Below, piece after piece: positions 1 through 13,444 of a stretch of DNA of 64,000 nt. The notes below the pieces were generated by a model. The model was not told the origin of the DNA. It saw nothing but the letters and a program-made list of their open reading frames with translations, and ran no database searches. The first letter of the stretch is position 1. Each line of letters opens with the position of its first letter. Source of the DNA: Nageia nagi (lineage: Eukaryota > Plantae > Pinophyta); contig JBITNC010000001.1 in assembly GCA_050084985.1 (NCBI GenBank), positions 187,798,001 through 187,862,000 of the forward strand, read 5' to 3'. The position numbers and the translations under genes were made by a program.

Positions 1-2030
1 ATAATGTATGATGGTTCAAAGTGTAATCCCTTGAGAGTATATTTTTGTCCTTCAACTATGAATTACATCTAAATTTTAGATAAATCCTATAATATATATC
101 TCAATATTTGCAAACATTGAGAATCGAGGACCACATTGCATCCTCCCTATGGAAGTGTACATATTTCACTTTCTAATTAGTATTCACCCAAGTTGAGTTT
201 AACATTACAATATTTTCCTTTATAGGCAATTTTACCACCATTACCAATTATTTCTTCAAAGCTATTTTATGGTTGTACATAGTAGTTGGCCTTTTAGCTA
301 CCCTTGGGTTAATGAATTTTTGAATGCTCCCTAAATTAATTAACATGATCAAAGTTTATCCCTTGAAACATCCATAATATTTCATAATCTACAATGAAGA
401 AAATTTTGAAAGGGTATTGCAAGAAATTACAAGAGTATCCTTAGTGGTGCTATCATTATATTTCATGATATCTAAAACTACATCCTCATATGTCTCCTTT
501 ATCATATTCTCTAGGGAATCAACATCTTACAAATATAATTTATGTATGGTGCATAAATGGTTTGGCCTAAATTTTTCATCATAATTACAGCAGATTCCTT
601 TTTCCTTACGATCTTTTATTTCCTTGGAAGTGAGTTGCTTTATTTTCAATGGTGATTTTTTTTTGAACCAAATTGAGAGTTATGTGGTTTACCAATTAGT
701 TGCTTCACCTTCTTATGTTAAGTAGTCAACTTATCTTAGGCCAATTTTGCTAGCCTAATCATTACCATCATGTTATTGAGATTGAATATTTTAAATTCCA
801 TTTGAATCTCTTCCTTCAACCCACTAATGAAATAAATTTTGAAGAATGCTTAATCTAATCCTTTTATGCAATAATTAATCTTTTCAAATTCATTATGATA
901 TTCCTTAATAATTGATATCCCATAAAATCTTCAAAATTACTTGGACCAAATCAAACCAATGAATTTTTGGTGAAATCCCCCTAAGAAGGTAGGTCATTTT
1001 ATTTATAAAACCATTTGTACCATTGAATAGTTGATTTATCAAGATTAAAGGAGGCAATGTTGAACTTATGTGCTTCTAAAAACTAAAAAAGTGTATGGAT
1101 GCTATATATCAAAATGATCAACATAAAATAAAAGCACAATGAGATGGATCTCAAAATGATGATTTCTAAGCCTCTAGATTTTTTTCTAAAATATTATTAC
1201 CAAGGTTAATAAACATGCTTTATCAGAATTGGTTAATTCTTCATGGTTTGGGAGATAATGGCCTCTAAAGTTTATATCTATTTTGGAAAATATTATTTTA
1301 AGTATGAAAACTTAGGTTTTCAAAATGAAAAGAGTTTCTCAGAAATGGTGGCTCGAACATAGTTTGAAGGTCAATATACAATGAAGAAATGGATAACTAT
1401 AATAAATCTATGGATAAAAGGTTTAATTTTTGAAAAGGGTAATGAACTAGGGTTTTCAAAAATCGATATAGATTTTTTGAATTTTTTTTTCCAAATTTCA
1501 ACTAAGAACTGAATAAATCTAGGTCTTCAACTTGATCCAATTTCATAAATATGTAAAAAACTTAGTAGCATTTTGGATGGAAATTGGATAAAATCTATTT
1601 CTTCAACTCAATTCAAATTCACAAAAGTGAAACTAGATCTTAAATCTACCCATAAGTAGCCAAAATCAAAGATATGATACTAGATGTTAGGAACCTAGAA
1701 GATCTAAAATAGGATTTAAGCTAAATAATAGTAAAATGTGAACTAGTAGCATATCCAAATTACAACACTAGAATAATATATAACTCAAAATAATAGCAAG
1801 AGCATAATGGAATAGCTAATCATAGGCCACTTCGAGGGGGATTCCTCCTTACAACTCAAAAGATGATATACTTTCCAAGATAACATCTATTCCTCTCCTA
1901 CATATATTTATAATCATACTACCCTAATCCTAATTAACGATTTATTACAAAATGTTGATTCACCTTACAAAATATGTTGATCCACCTTACAAGTTGATAT
2001 ATGTCAATAGTTTAAAATAAATAACTAACA
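1..2030 (-). mobile_element. 5' part of a decayed Ty3/gypsy (chromovirus-like) LTR retrotransposon: 5' LTR, PBS, gag and protease remnants; continues left of the window
   Basis: LTR 1685-2030 is bounded by TGTTAG...CTAACA. Degenerate tRNA-iMet PBS at 1671-1682 (minus strand TAGTATCATATC vs TGGTATCAGAGC). Minus-strand translations: KFNIASFNLDKSTIQWYKWF (~1010-1070, gag), LIMLINLGSIQKFINP (~300-350, decayed LIDSGSTHNFI protease site), MYTLP*GGCNVVL (~125-165). Many stops. Confidence 0.75.
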
Positions 2031-2997
2031 TAAGTAAATGTTAGGATATGGGAGAGCATGCCAATAAAACTTAATTGTTGTAGTTTGGACTTGTTGGTTA
2101 GTACCTTGAATAATTTGTAGGTAATGATGATGGCTTGGTTTGCCTTGTATGCAAAACTTTCTTCCTTATAATCTTTCTCTCCTCATTTTCTTGTATTTAT
2201 TAGTTTATTTCTAATACATGGATGAAGAAAAATATTTTTTAAATAGCACACCAATAACACATGATGTTGTAATGTGGAGTTGTTTGCTTAATACCTTGAC
2301 TAGTTTGTACGAAATGGTGATGAAGCTATTTTTCTTATGATAAACCCTAAATCTATTTTTCAAATATGTATGATTGTTAGTGTTATACCCAAGTTTTGTT
2401 GATGTATTATCAAGTGAAGCCTTTTTATTTTATTTTTAGGTGTAAATGTTTATAGTGATTATAAATCATCATCTTATTTCATATTAGGATGGTTATAAAA
2501 TTGCTATTAAAATTATCAGCTAATATACCCTACTAGGGTGGTTTAAAACCATCATTTAAAATCATTATCTATTATCTATATTAAGGCAGTTAAAACCATC
2601 ACAAAACAACTACCCTTGAAACTTCATTTTGGAGTAGTGACCATAATTGTATATCTTTTGAAGTGTAGTAAGGAGAAAATAAAAATTGACCAAAATTGTT
2701 GTATTACATATTGAGGTAATGTAGATCTATAGAATTTTTCCTAAATTTTTTGACTATCATTAATTAAGACCCTTTCTTTGATATCATTTAGAATAAAACA
2801 ACTTAGCAATAAAAGGATCTAATAGCTCATATTCATAATAATAACAATTGTAGTAAATCAACCAATATAAATCACCACTATACTCCAAAATAGTAATGAA
2901 AGAAATAAAATTGTTTTTCAATTAAGAAATAAGAATGCAAGCCAATTCAAAAGGGAAAAATATTGAAAGGACACTTCAAGATGGTAAATTGTCCAGA

Positions 2998-3105
2998 TAT
3001 ATACCAAAATAAGATGAATAAGAAATATAATAGTCAATGATGAAGTAATGGTATATACCAAAATAAGATGAATAAGAAATATAATAGTCAATGATGAACT
3101 AATGG
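2998..3105. repeat. 54-bp tandem duplication (2 copies), followed by a short (TG)n tract at ~3126-3145
   Basis: ATACCAAAATAAGATGAATAAGAAATATAATAGTCAATGATGAA starts at both 3001 and 3055; it produces the 18-aa repeat in ORF 2918..3121. Confidence 0.9.
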
Positions 3106-3149
3106 TTACAAGTACACACACAGATGTGTGTGTTTGTGTGTGTGTACTA

Positions 3150-4355
3150 TCATTAGTTCCTAGATTCCAAGATCAACCTTGATAATATAAATCCTATATT
3201 AATGGCATGAATAAATAATTAAAATATATTCAATGTGGTTATTATGAAATCATTACATAAGTAATTCATTGAGTAGCACTTAAAAATGAAAGGGAAGTCT
3301 TTCTTATATAAGCTCGTGAGGGAATCATCAAATTATATTTTAGTGAATACCTCATAAGTAATAAAATATTATAGAAGATTTGTGATGGACAACATTGAAC
3401 CATGATGCTTTTTAATTTTCTAGAAGTTGAGATGTCTAGAAAATATTGGGAAATCCTAATACACTTGATGAATTACCATAATGAATCCTCCCCATGTTTC
3501 CATTTGAGAAATATGAAATAAACTTTACTAAACCCATATCACTATGACAATGAATAACATGAGCTAGATATATTATAATTAGCATCAAATACTTGACCAA
3601 TTGGATATAAATTAATTTAAAAAAACCACATTTACCTAGTGGTAACAAAATTTATTTATAAAAATATCAATACAACATTTGATTATCCAAAAAAAAAAAG
3701 TGATCAAGGTAAACAATTTGGAAATAAAATTATAAAAGAGTTGCTTTCAAAGTTTACGATTCAATGTGATAGAAGCTTACCATATCACCATCAAGTGAAT
3801 GATGCAATACAAGCACTAACAAAATATTGGGAAATACCTTAATAAAAACTATTAACATTGGTTTGAATAGATTGGGAAGAAAAGTTATTGGTAGTTTTAT
3901 GGGCTTACTAAATAACATATAAAATAATTAAATAAATGAAAGTCATTTGAGTTAGTTTATGGATTAGAGGTGACACTCCTAGTCAAATATACAATATCAA
4001 CATTGAAGATTACATTTACAACAAGATTTGGAGATCAAGAATCCTTTTAGTAAAAGTTTTTCACCATCAATAAACTAGATAAAGAATGATGATTGATAGT
4101 CTATCACTAAACTCAAAAGAAGAATTGCCAGATAGTTTGGCATAATCCTAATATTAAAAACCATCAATTTAAAATTAGTGATAAAATACTATTATATAAT
4201 AGTCATTAAAAACATAGATAAATAAGGTTAAAAATTCATCTATTGAGTTATTGTGTTATTCATCATATTAAAGGTAAAGATACATTTTTATCAATATCAC
4301 TTGATGGTAACATATGACCGAAATATGTAAATGGTTAATGCTTGCAGAAATTTAA
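3150..4355 (+). pseudogene. Decayed Ty3/gypsy (non-chromovirus, Athila/Tat-like) integrase fragment
   Basis: ORF 3639..3842 VTKFIYKNINTTFDYPKK-KSDQGKQFGNKIIKELL...PYHHQVND matches the integrase core (AKFIYENIITRFGCP..SDQGTHF.N..PYHPQANG). Upstream FPFEKYEINFTKPI resembles PFEKWGIDFVGPI; downstream WEEKLLVVLWAY and KYVNG*CLQKF. Boundaries approximate. Confidence 0.8.
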
Positions 4356-5980
4356 AAATAAAATAAATTTAAACATAAAAAAGAAAACAACAACAACAAC
4401 AATAATAACTTTGGTGGTAAAAACCTAATAGGCATTACCATCAAGATGGTAGCCTACAAAACGAATTGTTGGAGACCCCAACTATGAAAGAAAATATAAT
4501 GAAATTCTTAGTAGAAAAAATCTAAGTGACACTAGGTAGATAGAATCCTAAAAACCTATTCACTACAAACCTATTAAATGATAAAAAATAGAATAAAAAG
4601 AAGGGAAGGCATCTTCAATAAATTGAAAATTGATATTAATTTCCATGGGTGAAAAAACAAATGGTTAAAGAGATTGTAGAAAAATACATATAAGAAAAGC
4701 AAAAAAGTACATATTCCAACTCTGATATGTAAGAGTGATAAGTAGACCAAAAAGAGGGTGTTGAACATAACAAGCCCTAGTAAGGTAGAAATTCTACATA
4801 TAGAGAGTCAAGGGGGTCCTTCAGTATTTAAGGTTGAAAATAAACTCTTGATGTTACAACTAGAGGAAGTAACCTTAGTGGGATTAACAGTGATGAACCA
4901 AGGTGTAATATTTCTAGAGTCTTATAGTTTCATATGACACTTCTAATTTGTAGTTTTTTATGGTCAAAAGTAAGATATGAAAATTATGATACTCATTATA
5001 TTGCAGTATCTATTATTTTATAATCACCTTAAGCTTATAGTTTTTGAAGGATCCTCAAATGCAAATTCTTAAAAACTTGATGTATCTAGATTGTTAGCAA
5101 TTCATAAAATAACATTTAAATAACTATGTATGTGTAGACACTTAAAAATGATTTATTATTTATTTAATAAATCATATTTTAGATATCTTTAAAAGTATCA
5201 AAAGCAATATTACAAATGCCAAGATAAAGTTGATATTACAATGCAATGCCATGTGTTATATTAAATGCTATATTATCTATCATGGTTCATATTGTAAATT
5301 ATCTTGAAAAACCAAATGATTATATTATTGGTATAATTCAAATTTCACTTCTTTCTATTTCCTTACAAGTTATAAACATAGGAGTTGTAAGTTGGCATCC
5401 AAATCTTTCTGATAGGTAGTTGTCCCATACATCATACTTATGGTGTCTCTTAATGCCACCTATTGAAAGATATACTTGCTTCAAGCTATTATTATATGCT
5501 ATATTTTATGCATTATCTAATTTTATAAGTTTTATAGAATCCACATCATAGAATTCATACACCAACCATGGTGCGCATCTTCACGATCCAGAGCTATTGA
5601 TAAAAGAGGTGATGAATGTTAGTTCATACCATTGAATATCTTCTACATGCTCGCCTTTGATCTAATCCAATCCTCTATTTACTTATGCCATACCTTGAGG
5701 ATTATCATATCATTATCAGGTGCACATTTATTTATTTGTATGTTTGAATAATCATTGTCCTAGTAGATTTTTGCTATATTAGTTATTTGCATAATTTATT
5801 ATCTACATTGTGGTGAACTCAACTACTCTTAAACACCTAGGTTTCTAGGGAATCCTTCTTCAAAGATAAGTAATGAATCCATTTTCTTTACTCTTCTTTC
5901 CTTTACCAGATGTCATTAGGGTAGTAGCACATAAAAATGATAAAACTAGGGTTTATTATGCATTTATCTCGAAAACATTT

Positions 5981-8150
5981 ATGGTAGAGGAACAACCTAA
6001 AATTTCAAAAGGAAATGTTCATTTTTATATAATTAGAAGATGTACTATGGTTAATCTCGATACACCCCTTGACCTCTTCGAACCTCATCCAAATCATAGA
6101 ATGGATACTAATGAAGAAGAATCTGAATTTGTTAATTCTAGCTGCCAAATGAATATAATTGGCCAAACCCTTAATAAATTTAACATGGATTTGGTTCATG
6201 GGGATTTTGATAGTGTGAATAAAGAAACCTCTTCTAATAGCTCTGAGAATGGATTTGATGTTGATGATCTTTATATTATTCTTAATAGTATTAGATCAAT
6301 CAAAGAATTAATGGCTCATATTGATAGAATGGAATATTTTGCTACTAACAATGCTAAAAATTATAAATATTTTGAAACAACATAAGCTATTAGAATTAGA
6401 ACTAAGTAATTCTCTTTTGTTGGATTCATTATTTCATTATGAAAATACAAAATCATTGAAAAGAAGGAAATCCAATAGAAAAAAGCAAGATGTCCATGGT
6501 GTGCCTACTAGCTCACATGATGCACACACAGTCAATGTAGAATCTCGAATAGAATTAGAAATGAAACCAAAAGAAGATTAATCTAAAGGAGAAGATAATA
6601 CTAACAGATATCAAGTACATACAAACAAACATTGAAAATCAAGTACGCTTAACAAAGGTAAGAGTGTTGCAACTAAATTTCCAAACACTAAAAATGCGCA
6701 TGATCAAATTAATGTTTTGATAAATAATGCTTATGAAAAAGAAGCTAATTGGACACAAGAGGAGTATGAAATTAAAATTGACATGCTAATGGAGGCATAA
6801 GAATCAGATGAATTCCAAAAGAGAATCAATGACCAACAATTTTATTTCATATGTCACCTATTAGATAAGATACAAAAACAATAGACTAATAGAATTGGAC
6901 CGTTATTAAAACTAAGAAAAGGAGTATTGAAGAAAGCTACTAGTATGGATTCCTGAAAACCAACAAACCCTTCAAAGATGAAACCTCCTCAAATCCCTCC
7001 ACCACCCTCAATAGGAAACTAATTTATGATTCAAAACTAGCAGATTAATACACCTTTGCCGTAACAACTAAATCCACAACCCCAAATGACTCTACAAACA
7101 TTCAAAAATAATTAGAGGAAAGATTAGCAAAATTGGAAAAAACAACATATAATAATGATGATGAAGATTTTTTATTTTGTTTAAATGTCCTTTGATTGAT
7201 AGAATTATTTCACAAATTTATATTGGTAAAAAGAGTATCAAGTTTACAAAATTCAATGGTTTTCAAGATCCAAAAATGCATGTTAGAAAATTTCAAGAAG
7301 AAGCTATTTAATTTTTACATGATCGATATATGCTTGCAAAATTGTTCTCCAATAGCTTAAAAGATGATGCATTAAAGTGGTATTTTTCCCTTCCTAAAAA
7401 AACATTAATAAATATAAAGATCTTATATTACAATTCATTGCTAATTTCAAATATAATATTCAAAATAGGATGGAATTTAAATATTTGTGTAAAGTTAAAT
7501 AAATGAAAGAAAAATCTCTTATTGATTTTGTAAAAATGTGGAAAAAGGTTGCTAATAAACTTATTGCTAATGAATAAGATTTAAAGATACTTTTGTACAA
7601 GCTTTATTACCAGTATTCAAATTAGAGGTACAAGATCATGATAATATCTATTTAGGTAAAATGATTGAGAAATTACTTTGAAAAGAATCTTGTATTACAA
7701 AATTACAAGGCATATCAGAAGAATAGTAACCTAAAGATAACAAGTTCAACTTCACCAACACAAGTGGCAACCATAATAAGTATAGGTAAGAGATCTTTTG
7801 ATAATAAAAGAAGATACACAAAGTTAACAAAAAGTGTTGATAAAATCTTAAATGTACTATTAGATAAGAATATTATTGAGATTCCTCTAATTGTTAAACA
7901 TCATTTCCCACATGATGTCCCAAAAAATTATAGGTTTGAAGAATTTTACAATTATAATAGAACACGAGGGCACTTAACTAAAAATTACAAGGATTTAAGA
8001 AACATTATATAGGACTTTATAGAATGAAAAGCAATTCAAATTGATGACACATCAAAAAAAGATGATAGTGATGTTGGCCATGTACACCTTGATAATAGTT
8101 AGCTGGAGTATTTAAGGATCCCTTTCCAAAGCTAACCAAACAACCAAAAT
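5981..8150 (+). pseudogene. Decayed Tat/Ogre-type gag
   Basis: KFNGFQDPKMHVRKFQ..DRYMLAKLFSNSLKDDALKWYFSLP (~7250-7400, retrotransposon gag domain). FYNYNRTRGHLTKNYKDLRNII*DFIE is the decayed CxYHxxxGHxTxxC knuckle typical of Tat/Ogre/Athila. Confidence 0.8.
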
Positions 8151-8949
8151 GATGCATTGGAATGGTAAGTACATCAAACTATTTTCAATATTATTTTATT
8201 AAGAAAAGTAGGTCATATCACCATAAACATTTGCAACCAAAGGATCAATGAACTTTTTCAAATAAGGGTGATATCAAATATAAACAAAAATAGAGCATCA
8301 ACGCCATGCATAATCTATCACATGTCACTTGTGCCATGACTTCAACAACAAAATCAATCCCGATATTTGTACCTACATTGGCCAAATGTAAGTGGGTCCC
8401 AAAGACCACTCAGGTATACCATATTATTGGTTAAATTATATACATTTATATAATATGTATGTACAATAGTGTATTTTTATATGTTTCTTATTTTATGATT
8501 AATTGCATGTTTTTATTTTTATATTCATTCCATTATATTTTTGGGTAGTTTTTCTTTGTGCCATCCATATATTTTCCTCAAAAAATTGCTACCCTTAATT
8601 ATGTGGGCATCATTTAGGTACAACATCTACATCGTGTTCCCGTAATTAGAAAAGAAAATATAAACAATTACCCTTTATTATATTGTTTGTTTCATACTAT
8701 ATTCATTCATTATGCTTTTTATATTTCCCCTACTTCCATATATAAGATAAAAGTGTGTGTTATGTCAAAAAATTATTTGCATAAATTAACATTATGTTTA
8801 ATTTTGATGTTTGATTTCTATGTGTTGATATATTTTGCAAATGTTTCTTTAAGAGTTTTGTTATACTTATTAATTGAAACAAAAACTAAACTAAGAACAA
8901 GATAAATAATAAAATTCAAAATGTCCATATATTCATATAACCAAAAAGG

Positions 8950-10930
8950 GATACTTCTTACAATCATTCATGCATGGCTCTACTTTTTGCCACTGGCATC
9001 CCCACCCTCTACCTTGTGGCTCCTTCAATCAGCACTATATAATGATACCCCTAGAGAACCAATAATCCTACTACCTATAATCCCATTGGAAACTAGAAGT
9101 GCCTTATCCTTCCCATACTTCTCGCTGAGTTCCTTGACCTCATGTTGTAATTTTTGGTTTACCTCCAACTTCTTGGCCATGAATATATAAGATTCATTTG
9201 ATGGTGGCATGGTCACTTTCTCTTATAAGCATTTGTTATCCTATTGGAGGACAATAATCTAAGCCTTTCATTTAATCAAGGTGCTTCTTATCATAGTAAG
9301 ATCTACCTCCATAGGCCTCAACCTCTCTACTCCAACCTTTAAGGGAGGAAGTGCAACGACCTCAATCTCTAGTGTTGTTATCTTGGTTGTAGCTTCATTT
9401 GCAAAATATATAAAGTAAGTATGCTAAAAATAAAATTGATAAGGCTAATTTAAAATAAAAAGTATACTTGAAGAAAAAAATGGAATGGCTTTCGTAAGCA
9501 AATCTATATCAACTGATTGGGACCCTAAAGCTAGGGGCATCTGAAGAGGTGGTTCATATGTGGGAATCTCTACATCCTCATCAGATGATTCTTGGGCATT
9601 TACCACCATTTCTTCCTCATCTATGTCAATAATACCAAATAGGTAGGCCTAATACCTACCCACCATTCCTCATACCTCAATACAACACTGGGGGAAAAGG
9701 ATATATCTATCAAACCATCCATTTCAATGGGTTCCTACTAGGTGCTCACCTAATCAAACATCGATACTACACCCTCAAGAGCATTCACCTCATGCTTCTA
9801 TTAAAGATAGTAAACCAACCCTTGCATATATGTCATGAACTATGTAAACCAACCCTAGGTAAAATACAAAGTTGTTCTTATTTGGGTACAAGAACATGAC
9901 AATAATAGATTCCATGAGTAGCCAAATATTCCTATTTCTTGGATTAACTTGGAAAGCTAAATGTAAATATGCTACCCTATGGTACCAATAATGATTCTCA
10001 TTCCCTATTAACTATAAATATAGTTGCTTCCTTTCCCATTGAGTCTTAATAGAGGCATGAGATATGAGTCTACCATGAATATGAACATGCCAAATTCGGT
10101 ATACATCCAATAGAGTGATCGATATTTTACCATTACAAAGGTGAAAGGTATTTGAATATATCTCCCATCATTCAACTAAAGTCATCAGCATGGGGAATTT
10201 GATTTACACATGCTCAACTATGGCCAAGTTGTATAAACCTACTACCTCTAATAGTTCATTATCTTGATTTTTTCTAGGCTAGGTCCATTCTTTCTCAAGT
10301 GCATCTAACCCACCCCATTTTATCATATGCTTGTGTTTCTATCATAAAAAATACAAAATTGAGTTAATAAATGAAAATAAAATAAGTAAACTTTGTAAAA
10401 ACTAAAATGACCAACGTAAATAAAAATAGAAAAACATGAATAATTAATCCCTTCCTTAGTTTATTAACAATAAAATAAAGAAACTTAGCCCTCTTTGAGT
10501 GTAGTTTTAGACTAGGGTTTTCCTAACCTGACTTTTTTCCAAAACCCACATGTTCAAAACTACACACATGTGAATGACCAAAAAATAGGTAAAAATAATC
10601 TAAACTATAAAATATTACTTTGATCATAACAAAAAGCCCTAATTTCCACTCTAATCAACTTAAAAGAAAATGAAAATGTCAAAAGCCTATGCCCTAGCCA
10701 AAAGGAGAAACAATAAAACAACCATAAAATTGTAAAACAACTAAAACAAAATAAGGATTTCAAATAGGTGCTAACTCACCATATGATTAAACAAGAGACT
10801 ACACCAATACTTAACAACATGGCCCTATCTATGAGTTAGAGGCCTCTCAATCAACTACCAATCAGCCATTTTAGCAAAAACACCAATACATGGAGGTCAA
10901 AGTGGATGTTAGAGGGACCCACATGATGAA
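8950..10930 (-). pseudogene. Antisense plant mobile domain (PMD, MAIN/MAIL-like) gene remnant inside the Tat/Ogre-like element, probably intron-containing
   Basis: Minus strand ~10070-10190 reads MLMTLVE*WEIYSNTFHLCNGKISITLLDVYRIWHVHIHGR, matching the PMD hallmark ALVERWRPETHTFHLPxGEMTITLQDVxxILGLPIDG. Candidate donor G|GTGAGT at ~10779 and acceptor TTTTTTATGATAG at ~10340. Outer limits approximate. Confidence 0.75.
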
Positions 10931-13444
10931 TTGGAAGCCATAAGTCCAGATAGGTAGCAAACAGGTCAAGAGAGGTGGTTGGAGAAATTATCAGAAGGTC
11001 CTCCAGCTCAGCAATTCATACTAAAAGTGAAAAAGATAGGGTAAATTTATATTTTAACACTTTTTTAGCTCTAAACCCTAATGGAATTAAAGGATTTCAT
11101 AAACCAAGATCACCTTGAAGCTTCTCCAACAAATCTAACATTCATCCTTCTAGAAAAGTAATAATCAATTATACAAAAAATACCATATCATGTATAGTGG
11201 TTCCTCCATCCCTTGGGAGTACATCCACTTTGAACCATCATTCTATTAGTTCTCACAAGATAACTCTCCCAAAAATTCTCAAGAATTCTTCTACAAATAT
11301 CCTACAAAAGCATCTCTAAAATACAAGCATTACCATGCTTCATCAAGTTATATAATGAGATAGGTACCTCTTTATTTATAAGAAGAAACCCACCCTTTAA
11401 CCTTACCCCCTTTAACCTTCCTTTTACCCAAGGGTAAGGTTAAAGGTGTTTCTATATTTATTCCTTTATCTATATTTATTCTCTTAATGCTTTAAGTTAT
11501 CTAAAGATACTTTAAGCATTAAATAAATTTACATTGAAAAGAAATATTACACAATATTACATTACAATTTTCAACAAACCCTAGGTATGAGCCCCTTTTT
11601 AATTTCTCTGGATTGATGAACAAAAATAGTAGTTTTCATGATTTTTGAAGTAGAAAAATATGTTATCTACATTAAATTTCTTTTTGCAAATCTAATTCGA
11701 TGAAAAGTATGATGTCCATGCTCTACCTTTAAATATAAAATTAATATAAGGGAAAAATGTCTTATCTTATTCAAAGGGGTTTTAAAAATTCCATTATTTC
11801 ACAAATATACCCTAAAATGATAAAAATGATCAAGATTAAAAAAAAATTGATGATTACATAAAAATCAATGCATTCATGTTGTGCAATGAGATGGAATTCA
11901 AGATGTTGATGTTGTGAGAGATTCATTATTTATAAAATGATGATATTATTGCTATAAGTTGGATTTGACTCCTTTCTATTTCCTTACAGGTTATGAATAC
12001 AAGAGTTGGAGGTTGACATCCCTATAAGATCTCTCAAATAGGTGGTTTTTCTATACATCATACTTACAGTGTCTCTTTACACCACTTATTAGAAGATTTA
12101 TTTTCTCAAAGCTATTATTACATGTTATGTTTTGTGTATTATCTAATTTTACATGTTTTCCAACATCCATGCCATAGAATTTATATGTCATCCATGATGT
12201 ACATCTTCATGATCCAGAGCTACATATAAAGGAGATGATGAATGCTACTTTATACCATTGAATATCTTCTACATGCTCACCTTTGATCTAATCCAATCCT
12301 CCGTTTACTTCTTCCATACCTTAAGGATTTTCATATCATTATCAAGTGCATAATTTTTATTTATTTATCCATATGTTTAAATAAGTGTTATCCTGGTAGA
12401 TTTAGTTTTTGTTTATATTAGTTATTTATATAATTTATTGTCTATAGTATGCAACATTCATAATATTTAAAAGAAAATGCAATAATGAAAAATAAAAACA
12501 CATATAAGTGATTAATATATATATATATTTATGTTGGTTCCTCCCAATGTATAAGTACACCCAATTGTGGCAACCATCTTATCAATTAATTGCAAGGGAA
12601 CATTACAAAGGAAAAAAAATACAAGAATAAGCAATATCCTCAACATCATCTCTAGCCTATACAAGCCTATGAAACACTCCACAACCAACTGTAACAATTT
12701 GAAGTCCTCAAAATAATTAATAGATGTATGAAAACTACTCTTAATCCTCCATGGAACCACAAAACACATCAAATAATCAACTAACATGATCCAACCATAT
12801 AATCAAGCATTTAGGAAGCTTTATAATCAAAAATAGATTCCCCTTAGACTGCAAATGATCGCCTAACTCCCAAGAATGGCTTCATAGCTCCTTAAACCTC
12901 TCCAACTTCCTACGCTCATGTTATAAAATTGCAGCACTAATGCTACGATTCTTACATAATAATTTGAATAAAAAAAATATATAAATATCAAATACGTCCA
13001 AGTGTCCAAACACCAAACTTGAATAGTAAACTCTCCACAAACCTCAGCATTGGAATTATCTTCAATGTTAATGCTACCATACAATGAAATAAGTCAAGTA
13101 TTCCTTGGGTCAAGGCTAGTCATAATCATATCAGAGAAGAAAAAAACATGATCTAGAACTCATCATTTCACCTATAGATATGCCAAAGATGCACATCACC
13201 CCTAGAACTATCATCTCCCATAATCCAAACACTACATTCCTAATAGATCATAGAGTTGGTACTAACTACAATGTTTATGCTAGAATCACTATAACAAAAA
13301 TAATAAAATAAATATAAAATGAAAATTAAACAACATCAAGATCCCAACATGAATATCTATGGTAATAATTCTCACTTAAATACTTGATATTTGGTCCTAC
13401 AAATGCTTACTTTTCAATAAGATAAAGAAATTATTCCTTCACCT

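Larger units (their letters stand above)
5133..12446 (+). mobile_element. Non-autonomous (pol-less) Tat/Ogre-like Ty3/gypsy element inserted in the 3' LTR of the CRM-like element
   Basis: 5-bp TSD GTATG at 5128-5132 and 12447-12451; host LTR sequence resumes colinearly with the 23515+ LTR. Ends TGTAGACAC...TGTCTATA (decayed CA). 5' LTR 5133-5807; ~5315-5807 aligns with ~11935-12446. No RT or integrase motifs seen inside. Confidence 0.85.
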
